From IMG/VR virus record IMGVR_UViG_2529292906_000019, positions 1 to 44,062 of that record: DNA of 44,062 bases; one strand, 5' to 3'. The translations under genes were made by a program, and so were the position numbers. The notes beneath the pieces are model-generated. The model did no database searches. It saw only the letters and a list, made by a program, of their open reading frames with translations, and was not told the DNA's origin. The DNA comes from a virus. Lineage: Duplodnaviria > Heunggongvirae > Uroviricota > Caudoviricetes. Below are positions 35,211 to 43,720 of the stretch, piece by piece (position 1 is the first letter of the stretch; each line of letters begins with the position of its first letter).

Positions 35211-35229
35211 AGTAAAGCACCAATTTACT
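35211..35229. promoter_or_regulatory. operator (right), 19-bp AGTAAAGCACCAATTTACT
   Basis: Inverted repeat AGTAAA-N7-TTTACT between the divergent cro-like and repressor genes; near-identical in reverse orientation at 36454..36472; adjacent palindrome TATTGAGTCAATA at 35229..35241. Confidence 0.5.
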
Positions 35230-35283
35230 ATTGAGTCAATACACGCCTGCCTACCAACTGGTAAAGCTATTGTTTACAATCCC

Positions 35284-35670
35284 TACATGAACAAAAAAGA
35301 TCCTAACCAGAGCCTTATTTCCAGGCTGACTGAATTGAATGGCAAAGGCTTCTCAAAAACAGAGATGGCCAAGGTTGCTAATGTCAGTAAGCAGGCGGTA
35401 ACCGGATGGTTTAGAACCGGTAAAATCAGCAAAGAATCTGCCCTCGCTGTTGCAGACGCTGCTGGCGTGTCTGTGCCATGGCTACTCGGCGAGGATGTTG
35501 GAGAGAAAGACGGCCTTAAGCCGGACGAACAGCGCCTGCTGGAGCTCTATCGCCAGTTGCCGGAAGAAGAGCAGCAGAACATGCTCCGCATCTTTGCCAT
35601 TCGCCTGAAAGAGTTGGACGAGTTGTATGAGAAATACATGAAGGGGCGTATTCGTTCTCAGGGAGAGTGA
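35284..35670 (+). CDS. prophage repressor, HTH XRE-type (RacR/CI-like, no peptidase domain)
   Basis: HTH segment ...FSKTEMAKVANVSKQAVTGWF...; start set at the internal ATG 35284 so that the operator lies in the intergenic region; the track ORF starts at GTG 35203. Confidence 0.5.
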   Translation, partial: YMNKKDPNQSLISRLTELNGKGFSKTEMAKVANVSKQAVTGWFRTGKISKESALAVADAAGVSVPWLLGEDVGEKDGLKPDEQRLLELYRQLPEEEQQNMLRIFAIRLKELDELYEKYMKGRIRSQGE

Positions 35671-35839
35671 TGTGTTCTGGTCGGAGAATGGCTGGTAGTG
35701 AACGGCGTGGCATTGCGCCAAGGCAATTAATTCAACCTCTTAGTCGCCATATCCCATAAAGGATTCCGGCTAAATTTGTTACCGATACTACCAATGCAAT
35801 TGTGGCAAAAATATCTGAACCGGACATAAGGAAATCTCC

Positions 35840-36271
35840 ATGAGTTATAGCGACATTGTTGCAACTATTGCAATGATTGTATCTATCACTGCTGTTCCTG
35901 CAAGTGGTTATTTAAGCTATCGTTACGCAATTGAGGGAGAAAAGAGGAAGGAGTGGAATGGTGTTGTTGAGCCAATTCTTGAGTATTTAGAGGGGCATGA
36001 ACTATTTCTAAGCAAAAAGAAATGCCCTGATTATACTTTCCACAGCTTTCCATCAAAAAACTGGGATGCAGCGATTAGAAGATCTAAAGATCCAAAAAAA
36101 TACCAACAAGCGCTTCAAGATTACCGGTCAGTATTGAATGAAATAAAAACATCTCCGGCACCAGTTATTTATTTTGGGCAATCTGAGTCTGAGCGCGAGG
36201 AGTGGATTGACCGATACCCTGACGGGATAAACAGGCTTAATGAACTAATGACAATTCTAGCGTTGAAATAA
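35840..36271 (+). CDS. membrane-anchored protein in the rex/sieB position (candidate exclusion protein)
   Basis: 143 aa with an N-terminal TM helix (IVATIAMIVSITAVPASGYL); RBS AAGGAA; same orientation as the repressor; followed by two tandem terminators. Confidence 0.5.
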   Translation: MSYSDIVATIAMIVSITAVPASGYLSYRYAIEGEKRKEWNGVVEPILEYLEGHELFLSKKKCPDYTFHSFPSKNWDAAIRRSKDPKKYQQALQDYRSVLNEIKTSPAPVIYFGQSESEREEWIDRYPDGINRLNELMTILALK

Positions 36272-36396
36272 CCCGGCCACCGAGCCGGGTTTTTTATACC
36301 CCCCACCGGATCGCCTCCAAGCGTCTGCCCCGAACTCCCCAATCCCGGCCTTAGCGTCGGGATTTTTTTTGTCTTCTATTGCTCAATTTCATACTC
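36272..36396 (+). terminator. two tandem rho-independent terminators
   Basis: CCCGGCCACCGAGCCGGG followed by TTTTTT, then ATCCCGGCCTTAGCGTCGGGAT followed by TTTTTTTT. Confidence 0.6.
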
Positions 36397-36453
36397 CAAA
36401 ACAATCAGGTAAAGCATTGCTGTACTTTTTATCACCTCATTGCTTGACCATTT

Positions 36454-36472
36454 AGTAAAGTGGTGATTTACT
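36454..36472. promoter_or_regulatory. operator (left), 19-bp AGTAAAGTGGTGATTTACT
   Basis: Matches the reverse complement of the right operator with two mismatches; lies at the start of the + strand early-left operon. Confidence 0.5.
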
Positions 36473-36718
36473 AGTATCACCAAGACGCACCACGAACCAC
36501 TCAGGCAGGACGCCCACGAAGTAGCCGCCGACGGCATATGAATAGTCGGATGAGGTGGTTAGATTAACGCGCATCAGGTTTAACGCTCAGCTGGCCGGCT
36601 ATAAGGCAAAACAGAAGTGAGCTTCGCGGTGGTGAACTGCAGAGTTAAATCGCTCAACTGTGAAGATCAGCACCACGGCACCACCAGCGAAGTTCACTCA
36701 GCAATAGTGGAGAACATC

Positions 36719-36925
36719 ATGGTTCATCAGCACTACGGTACACAGACGGTAAACCGCGGCGCGGTTCAGCCTGGAATGCTCGTCAAACACAAGGATTCAA
36801 CCTGGACGGCATCAGCTAATGCTCGTGGTCGTTTGTATCTGCATCGCGGCGTTGAGATGACTTACACCAGGGATTTGCTGGTTGAAGTTTATCTGAACGG
36901 TCTGGGGAATGGCCTCAGCCATTAA
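36719..36925 (+). CDS. small early protein (68 aa), unknown
   Basis: ATG at 36719 preceded by GGAG; first gene of the early-left operon; the track ORF extends upstream to a GTG at 36617. Confidence 0.35.
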   Translation: MVHQHYGTQTVNRGAVQPGMLVKHKDSTWTASANARGRLYLHRGVEMTYTRDLLVEVYLNGLGNGLSH

Positions 36926-36936
36926 CGGAGAGTGTC

Positions 36937-37098
36937 ATGCAAGACAAGAAATGCGGTTACTGCAGCAAGCCGGTTAAACCGGAAGAAGTAATCAAAGGCA
37001 CCCTTCTCTACCGCAACGGCTCACTGCTGGCGCGCAAAGAGAAAGAGTACTGTTCCAGACGTTGCGCTTCGCACGACCAGATGGCTCACGAAGGCTAA
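36937..37098 (+). CDS. small zinc-ribbon-like protein (53 aa)
   Basis: MQDKKCGYCSKP...EYCSRRCASHDQ with two CxxC-type pairs; RBS GGAG 6 nt upstream; below the ORF-track length cutoff. Confidence 0.4.
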   Translation: MQDKKCGYCSKPVKPEEVIKGTLLYRNGSLLARKEKEYCSRRCASHDQMAHEG

Positions 37099-37237
37099 CG
37101 TACACCCCGCGCAAGGCGGGATCTACGTCCGGTGGCACCGACCAAAGTTACACCGGAAACAACATCAAAACCAAAGTTAACCCAATGGGCGCTATCAATG
37201 GCCCGGGGATTCTAACACCCAAAAATGAGGATCTCAC

Positions 37238-37879
37238 ATGGAATTCTTTAATGTGGTTAAAGCCACTCAGAAATCCGGAAAACAAGATGCAGTGGTCTGG
37301 TTCACTGCGAAAACCGAGGCTCGCGCCAACCTGCAACTGGACGTTGCACTGGAAGATGCTGGCATCGAAATGGGTCGCGGTAAGGACTACGCCAAACCGA
37401 TTCGCACAGATTTTCCTGTTGTTGATGACCTGCCAGAAGAAGGCGAAGTTGATTTCACATGGTGCGAACGTTACGAACTGGCCGAAGACCAGCGCACCTG
37501 GAATGTTAAGCAACAGGCTGAAGATGAGTCTGTCGACGACGCCGATACTGAAGACAGCACCGCAGAAGAATCTCAGCAGTCAGAGCAGCCGAACCTGATC
37601 GTCGTTGCCACCCTGCCATTCCGTCAGCGCGTACTGGCTCAGTTCATCGGTGATGGTGAATATCTCTATCACGTCGACGCTGGGCAGAAAAACGAGATTG
37701 TCCGCCTTGAGATGGACACTGATAACGCGTACGCCCAAAACCTGCTGCTGGCTGCTGAGAATGTGGAAGCATTCAAAAAAGCCATTGAGCACGATATCCA
37801 TAAAGTCGTGAATGCCGTTAAGAAAGCCTTCCCTGTCGACGGTAAAAACCGGAACTGGCAACAGTTATCCAGTTCCTGA
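37238..37879 (+). CDS. recE: exonuclease VIII (RecE), N-terminal fragment
   Basis: 213 aa; ...TDFPVVDDLPEEGEVDFTWCERYELAEDQRTW matches the E. coli RecE N-terminal region (...[28 protein letters not shown]) from memory; separated from the rest of recE by a frame change near 37844..37850. Confidence 0.65.
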   Translation: MEFFNVVKATQKSGKQDAVVWFTAKTEARANLQLDVALEDAGIEMGRGKDYAKPIRTDFPVVDDLPEEGEVDFTWCERYELAEDQRTWNVKQQAEDESVDDADTEDSTAEESQQSEQPNLIVVATLPFRQRVLAQFIGDGEYLYHVDAGQKNEIVRLEMDTDNAYAQNLLLAAENVEAFKKAIEHDIHKVVNAVKKAFPVDGKNRNWQQLSSS

Positions 37880-37881
37880 CG

Positions 37882-39996
37882 GTGTGGTTCAACACTGATT
37901 ACATCGACCGTGGCATCCTGGCGCGCGAATGGACCGCCGGTAACCGCATCAGCAATGTTCAGCGCACCGATTCCGGTACCAACGCCGACGGCGGATATGT
38001 CACTGACCGTGGCGAAAATGCTTACCACACGCTGGATACTCTGGATTTAGAGATTGCCTGCGCCCTGCTCCCAATGGACTTTAACCATCTTGAAATCCCG
38101 GGCAGCATCCACCGCCGCGCCAAAGAGATAGTGGCCAACAAAGAACAACCATGGAAATCATGGAGCAGCATCCTGCGCAATCAGCCTGGCGTTCTGTCGG
38201 TAAACCGCGCTGCCATCTTCAATCTGGTGCGCATCGCGCCGGAAAATATTCACCTGACGCCAGTTGCACATCTGGAGTTCGTTAACCAGACCATGACAGC
38301 TGAGTTCAATTCAGCAACTGAGTTGCTGCCGTTGCCAGTAGCTGGCGCGCAGGAACCAAACAGTCAGGATCAACCTCGAGTTGAGAATCTTGGCGCTGGA
38401 ATTTTCTCCATAGAAAGCCTGATGGGTGATCAACAACCAAAAACAGATGACCGTTCACCACTTAATGAGGAAACCACCAGCGATGTGCAGATGGAAGAAA
38501 CTGTCAGTGATGAAGAACAGGCTGGTAATGAAGTGCAGCCAGGCGAAAGCAGTCTGGAAACTGGTGAAGAGTCACATACCGGCCAGCAAGCCGATGTAAA
38601 CCAGAATGCGGACTCTGTCGTCCAAAATAGCGATTCTGTAAACCAAGCCGAACCAGTTGCTGCGCAAACCGAGCCAGAAGCGAAATCTGACGAACCGGCT
38701 GTTGTGTATCCCGCTTACTTCGAGCCTGGGCGCTATGAAGGTCTGCCGAACGAGGTTTATCACGCAGCGAACGGGATCAGCAGCACGCAGGTAAAAGATG
38801 CCCGCGTCAGCCTGATGTACTTCAACGCACGCCACGTCGCCAAAACGATCACCAAAGAGCGTTCTCCAGTTCTGGACATGGGTAACCTGGTGCATGGACT
38901 GGCGTTGCAGCCAGAGCAGCTTGATGAAGAGTTCAGCGTTGAACCGATGATCCCGGAAGGCGCGTTCACCACGACGGCAACAATCCGCGCGTTTATCGAT
39001 GAGTACAACGCAGGTCTGCCAGAGCAATTGAGCGCCGACGACATAAAGACATTGCTCGAGGAATACAACGCCACTCTGCCTGCTCAGGTACCACTGGGTG
39101 GTTCAGTCGAGGAAACTGGCCAGAGCTACATGTCGCTGCCAGAAGAGTACCAGCGGATCGAAGCGGACCAGAAGCAGACCGCAGCGGCGATGAAAGCCTG
39201 CATCAAGGAATACAACGCCAATCTGCCTGCCCAGGTGAAAACCAGTGGTAGCCGTGATGCCTTACTCGAGCAGCTGGCAATCATCAATCCTGACCTGGTG
39301 GCGCAGGAAGCGCAGAAACCGCAACCGCTGAAAGTGTCCGGTACCAAAGCGGATCTGATTCAGACCGTGAAGTCTGTGAAACCAGACGCCGTCTTTGCCG
39401 ACGAACTGCTGGATGCGTGGCGCGAGAATCCGCAAGGGAAAGTACTGGTCACCCGCCAGCAACTGAGCACCGCACTGGCCATTCAGAAAGCCCTGCTACA
39501 GCACCCAACTGCCGGGATGCTGCTTCAGTACCCGAGTCGCGCCGTTGAGGTCAGCTATTTTGGCTTTGACGATGAAACCGGTCTGGAAGTCCGCGTTCGT
39601 CCAGACCTTGAGATCGACCTGGACGGAGTGCGCATCGGTGCCGACCTGAAAACCATCAGCATGTGGAACATTAAGCAGGAAGGCCTGCGCGCCAAGCTGC
39701 ACCGGGAAATCATCGACCGTGACTACCATCTGAGCGCCGCCATGTATTGCGAGACCGCAGCACTGGACCAGTTCTTCTGGATTTTCGTCAACAAGGACGA
39801 GAACTACCACTGGATCGCCATCATCGAGGCATCCGCCGAACTGCTGGAGCTGGGCATGCTTGAGTACCGCAAATCAATGCGTGCTATCGCTACCGGCTTT
39901 GACACTGGCGAATGGCCAGCGCCCATCACAGCTGATTATACCGACGAACTGAACGACTTCGACCTGCGCCGCCTTGAAGCGCTGCGTCTGGCTTAA
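37882..39996 (+). CDS. recE: exonuclease VIII (RecE), central and C-terminal nuclease part
   Basis: 704 aa from a GTG; ...WFNTDYIDRGILAREWTAGNRISNVQRTDSG... matches RecE (...[31 protein letters not shown]); the C-terminal region contains the ...GRYEGLPNEVYH... segment; frame is open upstream to 37846. Confidence 0.7.
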   Translation: MWFNTDYIDRGILAREWTAGNRISNVQRTDSGTNADGGYVTDRGENAYHTLDTLDLEIACALLPMDFNHLEIPGSIHRRAKEIVANKEQPWKSWSSILRNQPGVLSVNRAAIFNLVRIAPENIHLTPVAHLEFVNQTMTAEFNSATELLPLPVAGAQEPNSQDQPRVENLGAGIFSIESLMGDQQPKTDDRSPLNEETTSDVQMEETVSDEEQAGNEVQPGESSLETGEESHTGQQADVNQNADSVVQNSDSVNQAEPVAAQTEPEAKSDEPAVVYPAYFEPGRYEGLPNEVYHAANGISSTQVKDARVSLMYFNARHVAKTITKERSPVLDMGNLVHGLALQPEQLDEEFSVEPMIPEGAFTTTATIRAFIDEYNAGLPEQLSADDIKTLLEEYNATLPAQVPLGGSVEETGQSYMSLPEEYQRIEADQKQTAAAMKACIKEYNANLPAQVKTSGSRDALLEQLAIINPDLVAQEAQKPQPLKVSGTKADLIQTVKSVKPDAVFADELLDAWRENPQGKVLVTRQQLSTALAIQKALLQHPTAGMLLQYPSRAVEVSYFGFDDETGLEVRVRPDLEIDLDGVRIGADLKTISMWNIKQEGLRAKLHREIIDRDYHLSAAMYCETAALDQFFWIFVNKDENYHWIAIIEASAELLELGMLEYRKSMRAIATGFDTGEWPAPITADYTDELNDFDLRRLEALRLA

Positions 39997-40010
39997 TGGA
40001 GGATTTGACC

Positions 40011-41051
40011 ATGCAAAATACCAACATCATTACTACTGAGCAGGCACCAAACACCATTTCCGCCAGCAATGCCGTATTCAACGTGCAGGCGCTCGGGCAG
40101 CTCACCTCTTTTGCTGAATTGATGGCGCAGTCTGCCGTCACCGTACCTAAACACCTGGCGGGGAAACCCGCTGACTGTATGGCGATCGTCATGCAGGCTA
40201 TGCAGTGGGGAATGAACCCATATGCAGTTGCCCAGAAAACGCATCTGGTCAACGGCGTTCTGGGTTACGAAGCGCAACTGGTCAACGCAGTAATCTCCAG
40301 CTCCAGCGCCATCGTGGGCCGCTTCCATTACGAATACGGCGGTGACTGGGAGAAGATCGCCGGCAAAAAAGACGGCCGCGATGAATTAGGACTGTTTATA
40401 CGGGTTGGCGCCGTACTGCGCGGAGAAGAAGAAATCACCTGGGGTGAGCCAATCTACCTGGCTGATATCACCACACGTAACTCTCCATTGTGGAAAACAG
40501 CACCGAAGCAGCAGATCGCTTATCTGGCAGTGAAGTACTGGGCGCGCTTGTACTGCCCAGAAGTCATCCTTGGCGTCTACAGCCCAGATGAAGTTGAACC
40601 GCGCACAGAGAAGGAGATTAACCCGGCGCCGCAACGCGTTAGCCTGGCGGATATCTCAGGTGACACCGTCACAACCACGCAGAGCGCACAGGAATCATCG
40701 GTAAATATCGGCTCACCGGCCGATGATTTCCGCGAACGCATCGATGCTGCACAGGATGTTGATAGCGCCAAAGCACTGCGCGCTGATATCGAAAGCGCGA
40801 AGGTCACGCTCGGTTCTGCCCTGTTCACCGAGCTGAAGAACAAGGCAGTTAAGCGCTATTACCTGGTTGATTCACGTAACAAGGTTGAAGCCGCGATCAA
40901 CTCTCTACCGTCTCCGGATGAACCGGGCGCAGCAGAACGATTCGCCGAAGTTGAGCGCGTGCTGGCAACCAATAAGCGTCACATGGGCGACGAGCTGCAC
41001 GATCGGTTCAGCATCACCCTGGCGGATATGAAACCGGAATACGTGGCCTAA
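40011..41051 (+). CDS. RecT-family single-strand annealing protein
   Basis: Follows recE as in Rac; ATG at 40011 preceded by GGAGGA; ...MQAMQWGMNPYAVAQKTHLVNGVLGYEAQLVNAVI resembles the RecT core pattern; the track ORF starts at 39996. Confidence 0.55.
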   Translation: MQNTNIITTEQAPNTISASNAVFNVQALGQLTSFAELMAQSAVTVPKHLAGKPADCMAIVMQAMQWGMNPYAVAQKTHLVNGVLGYEAQLVNAVISSSSAIVGRFHYEYGGDWEKIAGKKDGRDELGLFIRVGAVLRGEEEITWGEPIYLADITTRNSPLWKTAPKQQIAYLAVKYWARLYCPEVILGVYSPDEVEPRTEKEINPAPQRVSLADISGDTVTTTQSAQESSVNIGSPADDFRERIDAAQDVDSAKALRADIESAKVTLGSALFTELKNKAVKRYYLVDSRNKVEAAINSLPSPDEPGAAERFAEVERVLATNKRHMGDELHDRFSITLADMKPEYVA

Positions 41052-41085
41052 GGGAGGCGGGAGGGTTCGCCCTCCCGGTAACGAC

Positions 41086-41763
41086 ATGACGAAAATTACG
41101 GAACGCCCAATGATTTTCAATGGTGAGATGGTTAGCGCCATTCTCGACACCGGGAAGACGCAGACCCGGCGGCCAGTAAAGTTCCCGCATATTGATAGAG
41201 ATGCAATGTGCGAACTGTCAGGAAATGAATTAGCCGGTGAACTATTAGCGGGGAATTATAGAAACAGTCCACACGGCAAACCAGGCGATCGAATTTGGGT
41301 GCGCGAGACATGGTGGCAGGCTGGACAGAGTTACGCCCGTTACCCTGATGATGATGAATACGGCTGGTATGGTTCACGACGGGTTCTCTTTGCGGCAGAT
41401 GGTAATCCGCCAAACGAACCTAACGACCATAACCCAAACGGATTGGGTGGTGGAAAATTCTCTGCTGCCAAGCCAAATCATTTATGGCGTAAGCGCCCAT
41501 CTATCCACATGCCGCGCTGGGCATCCCGCATCCTACTGGAGATCACCGATGTACGCGTGGAACGGTTGCAGGCCATTACCCTGGGAGATATCTGCAAAGA
41601 GATCGGCTGTGGTCTTTACGACTTCCGCCCCGCCACTTATGGCTTTCAGGTGTGGGAAGAACTGTGGGAATCCATCTACGGAGAAGGCAGCTGGCAGGCT
41701 AATCCGTGGGTGTGGGTGATCGAGTTTAAGCGTATCGAAGGAGGTGACCATGCGACTAATTAA
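41086..41763 (+). CDS. hypothetical protein, possible ASCH/PUA-like N-terminal domain
   Basis: 225 aa; N-terminus MIFNGEMVSAILDTGKTQTRRPV resembles ASCH-type starts; low certainty. Confidence 0.4.
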   Translation: MTKITERPMIFNGEMVSAILDTGKTQTRRPVKFPHIDRDAMCELSGNELAGELLAGNYRNSPHGKPGDRIWVRETWWQAGQSYARYPDDDEYGWYGSRRVLFAADGNPPNEPNDHNPNGLGGGKFSAAKPNHLWRKRPSIHMPRWASRILLEITDVRVERLQAITLGDICKEIGCGLYDFRPATYGFQVWEELWESIYGEGSWQANPWVWVIEFKRIEGGDHATN

Positions 41764-41992
41764 CCGTGGAAATCAGCAATCCCCATTAGCGCGCCAGGCA
41801 TGCGACATCGCACTGGCTACCCACCAGCAACGCTACGGCGACTACGGGCGTAGCAAGATGAAAGAGACGTACACGGTGAGAGTTGAAGGCGTGAAGGTCT
41901 GGGTAGAAGTAGTGAACCGCAAGGCCAGCTACGTGGCCACGGCGATGACAGGTATGCGCCGGCTGCGCGCACTGCCGGGTCAGGTTTCTTGA
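41750..41992 (+). CDS. small protein (unknown) upstream of xis
   Basis: ~80-aa ORF overlapping the previous stop. Confidence 0.3.
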   Translation: MRLINRGNQQSPLARQACDIALATHQQRYGDYGRSKMKETYTVRVEGVKVWVEVVNRKASYVATAMTGMRRLRALPGQVS

Positions 41993-42055
41993 TAACGATA
42001 TTTCATTAACAGTTTTCCGGCAGCTCTATAATGAGTTGCCGGATCCGGAGGTAGT

Positions 42056-42328
42056 ATGGCCAAGCTTCTTAATCTGCAGGAATGGGCGAATTCGACTTAT
42101 TCAACCCCGCCGTCTCTTTCAACACTTCGCCGCTGGGCGCGGGAGGGGCGCATTTACCCTGCTCCGGAACTTCACGGAAAAGAATATAAGGTTCAGCCTG
42201 ACGCCATCTATGTGGATCCGAGCAAAAAGAACCTTCGTCCCAAATCAAAACGCTTAGCGCTGCCAACTGGCGGCACTCTACTGGAGAGACTGACTCATGG
42301 CGAAAAGGCCAGTACGTTACGACGCTAA
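42056..42328 (+). CDS. xis: excisionase (lambda Xis-like)
   Basis: LNLQEWANS...PPSLSTLRRWAREGRIYPAPELHGKEY parallels lambda Xis LTLQEW...RPRSLETVRRWVRECRIFPPPVKDGREY; precedes int with overlap. Confidence 0.65.
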   Translation: MAKLLNLQEWANSTYSTPPSLSTLRRWAREGRIYPAPELHGKEYKVQPDAIYVDPSKKNLRPKSKRLALPTGGTLLERLTHGEKASTLRR

Positions 42329-43382
42329 CCTGCCCCGTAACCTGACCTATCGTAAAAGAGACAGGCTTTATAGCTGGCGAAACCCGATTACCGGTCAAGA
42401 ATTATCTCTTGGCCGGATCGACAGAAAGGACGCCATTTCTCAGGCCATCGAGGCCAACAACTACATCGACCAAAATTACCTTCCGTCAGCGCTGCTTGAC
42501 CGCATAAAGGAAACACCAACATTTACGGTGAAAGCGTGGCTCGAGCGCTACGAAGTAATTCTTGAGCGAAGAGAATTGAAGCCCAACACGATGAAGGTCA
42601 GGCGCAATCAGATCGCCACTATCAGTGATGAATTCGGACGTATGCCGCTATCGGCGGTCAGCACAAAGGACGTATCTACTTTCCTGGAGAGTTACATACT
42701 CTGCGATAAGAAGAGCATGGCCTCTGGCCTGCGATCGGTATTGTTGGATATTTTCAGGGAGGCGATCGTCGAGGGACATATTGAAAGGAACCCGGCAGAG
42801 CCGACAAGAACGCCGACACCAAAAGTGAAGCGTGAGCGTCTTTTGCTCGAGCAGTTTGAGATAATAAGGGATGCCGCAACTGCTCATTCTGGATGGGCTG
42901 CAAATGCATGTGACCTGGCGCTGGTCACCGGGCAGAGAAGAGAGGACGTATCGCTGTTCAGATTCAGCGATATCAGGGATGGAAGATTGTTTGTCACACA
43001 GGAAAAGACAGGTCACAAATTGGCGTTGCCACTTGATTTGCGACTGGACTCTGCTGATTTGGTATTGCAGGATGTTATCGACCGTTGTCGTAAAAACAAC
43101 CCGTCAGACTTCATGCTTTATTCTGCGGTAAGGCGTGGTGGCCGGAAGCCAGGTCCGTTAACTCCGGACGGAATCACCCAAGCATTTTCTGATATCAGGG
43201 ATTCTACAGAGTTAAAGTTTGGCCCCAACCCTCCCCCGTTCCATGAGATCAGGAGCTTGGCGAGCAGGCTCTATGAAAGGGAGCGCGGAGAGGATTTCGC
43301 ACAGAGACTGCTGGGGCATAAAAATTTAACAATGACCAAAAAATACCTGGACGCACGCGGTGCAGAATATGTTATGGTTTAG
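42297..43382 (+). CDS. int: site-specific integrase (tyrosine recombinase, lambda Int family)
   Basis: 361 aa; C-terminal catalytic region ...HEIRSLASRLYERERG...RLLGHKNLTMTKKYLDARG (conserved R, H-x-x-R and Y); adjacent to attR. Confidence 0.85.
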   Translation: MAKRPVRYDANLPRNLTYRKRDRLYSWRNPITGQELSLGRIDRKDAISQAIEANNYIDQNYLPSALLDRIKETPTFTVKAWLERYEVILERRELKPNTMKVRRNQIATISDEFGRMPLSAVSTKDVSTFLESYILCDKKSMASGLRSVLLDIFREAIVEGHIERNPAEPTRTPTPKVKRERLLLEQFEIIRDAATAHSGWAANACDLALVTGQRREDVSLFRFSDIRDGRLFVTQEKTGHKLALPLDLRLDSADLVLQDVIDRCRKNNPSDFMLYSAVRRGGRKPGPLTPDGITQAFSDIRDSTELKFGPNPPPFHEIRSLASRLYERERGEDFAQRLLGHKNLTMTKKYLDARGAEYVMV

Positions 43383-43455
43383 ACAGGATATGGAAATTTC
43401 GAGTAATTTTCGTGGGATTTCGTGAAAGCACCGAAAAAACCCAATGAAAACAGAT

Positions 43456-43485
43456 AGATAAAAAGAGACCGAATACGATTCCTGT
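43456..43485. repeat. prophage attachment site attR (integrase side), within the sdsR 3' end
   Basis: AGATAAAAAGAGACCGAATACGATTCCTGT; direct repeat of 1064..1093 with one mismatch. Confidence 0.6.
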
Positions 43486-43562
43486 ATTCGGTCCAGGGAA
43501 ATGGCTCTTGGGAGAGAGCCGTGCGCTAAAAGTTGGCATTAATGCAGGCTTAGTTGCCTTGC
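43458..43562 (-). ncRNA. sdsR: small RNA SdsR (RyeB)
   Basis: The minus strand reads GCAAGGCAACTAAGCCTGCATTAATGCC...GACCGAATACAGGAATCGTATTCGGTCTCTTTTT, matching SdsR as recalled, with a terminal hairpin and U-tract; CTATTCTTAA (sigma-S type -10) lies just upstream at ~43566..43576. Confidence 0.75.
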
Positions 43563-43720
43563 CCTTTAAGAATAGATGACGACGCCAGGTTTTCCAGTTT
43601 GCGTGCAAAATGGTCAATAAAAAGCGCGGTAGTCATCAGCTTAAATGTTAAAAACCGCCCGTTCTGGTGAAAGAACTGAGGCGGTTTTTTTATTGGAAAT
43701 CAAAAGGCTATTTTAGGTAA

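Larger units (their letters stand above)
1064..43485. mobile_element. integrated temperate prophage, mosaic of Rac/lambda-like early genes and a contractile-tail morphogenesis module
   Basis: Contiguous phage gene set (tail, head, terminase, lysis, Q, nin, replication, immunity, recombination, xis, int) bounded by direct repeats at 1064..1093 and 43456..43485, with host genes pphA and sdsR/yebY outside. Confidence 0.85.

Noticed and set aside
35203-35283. Repressor starting at the GTG at 35203 as in the ORF track
   Set aside because: That start would place the 19-bp operator and the divergent promoter region inside the coding sequence and leave only 13 bp between divergent genes; the internal ATG at 35284 is more consistent with an intergenic control region. 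Not proven.
36421-36480. Lambda CI-type operators suggested by TATCACC / GGTGAT motifs
   Set aside because: The half-sites are not arranged as 17-bp lambda-type operators and the repressor is not CI-like in its C-terminus; the AGTAAA-N7-TTTACT 19-mer shared with the right operator region explains the symmetry better.
37062-37598. 178-aa + strand ORF overlapping the zinc-ribbon gene and the recE N-terminal ORF
   Set aside because: It is in a different frame from two better-supported genes (RBS-preceded zinc-ribbon ORF and the RecE-homologous ORF) and its translation is low-complexity; considered spurious.
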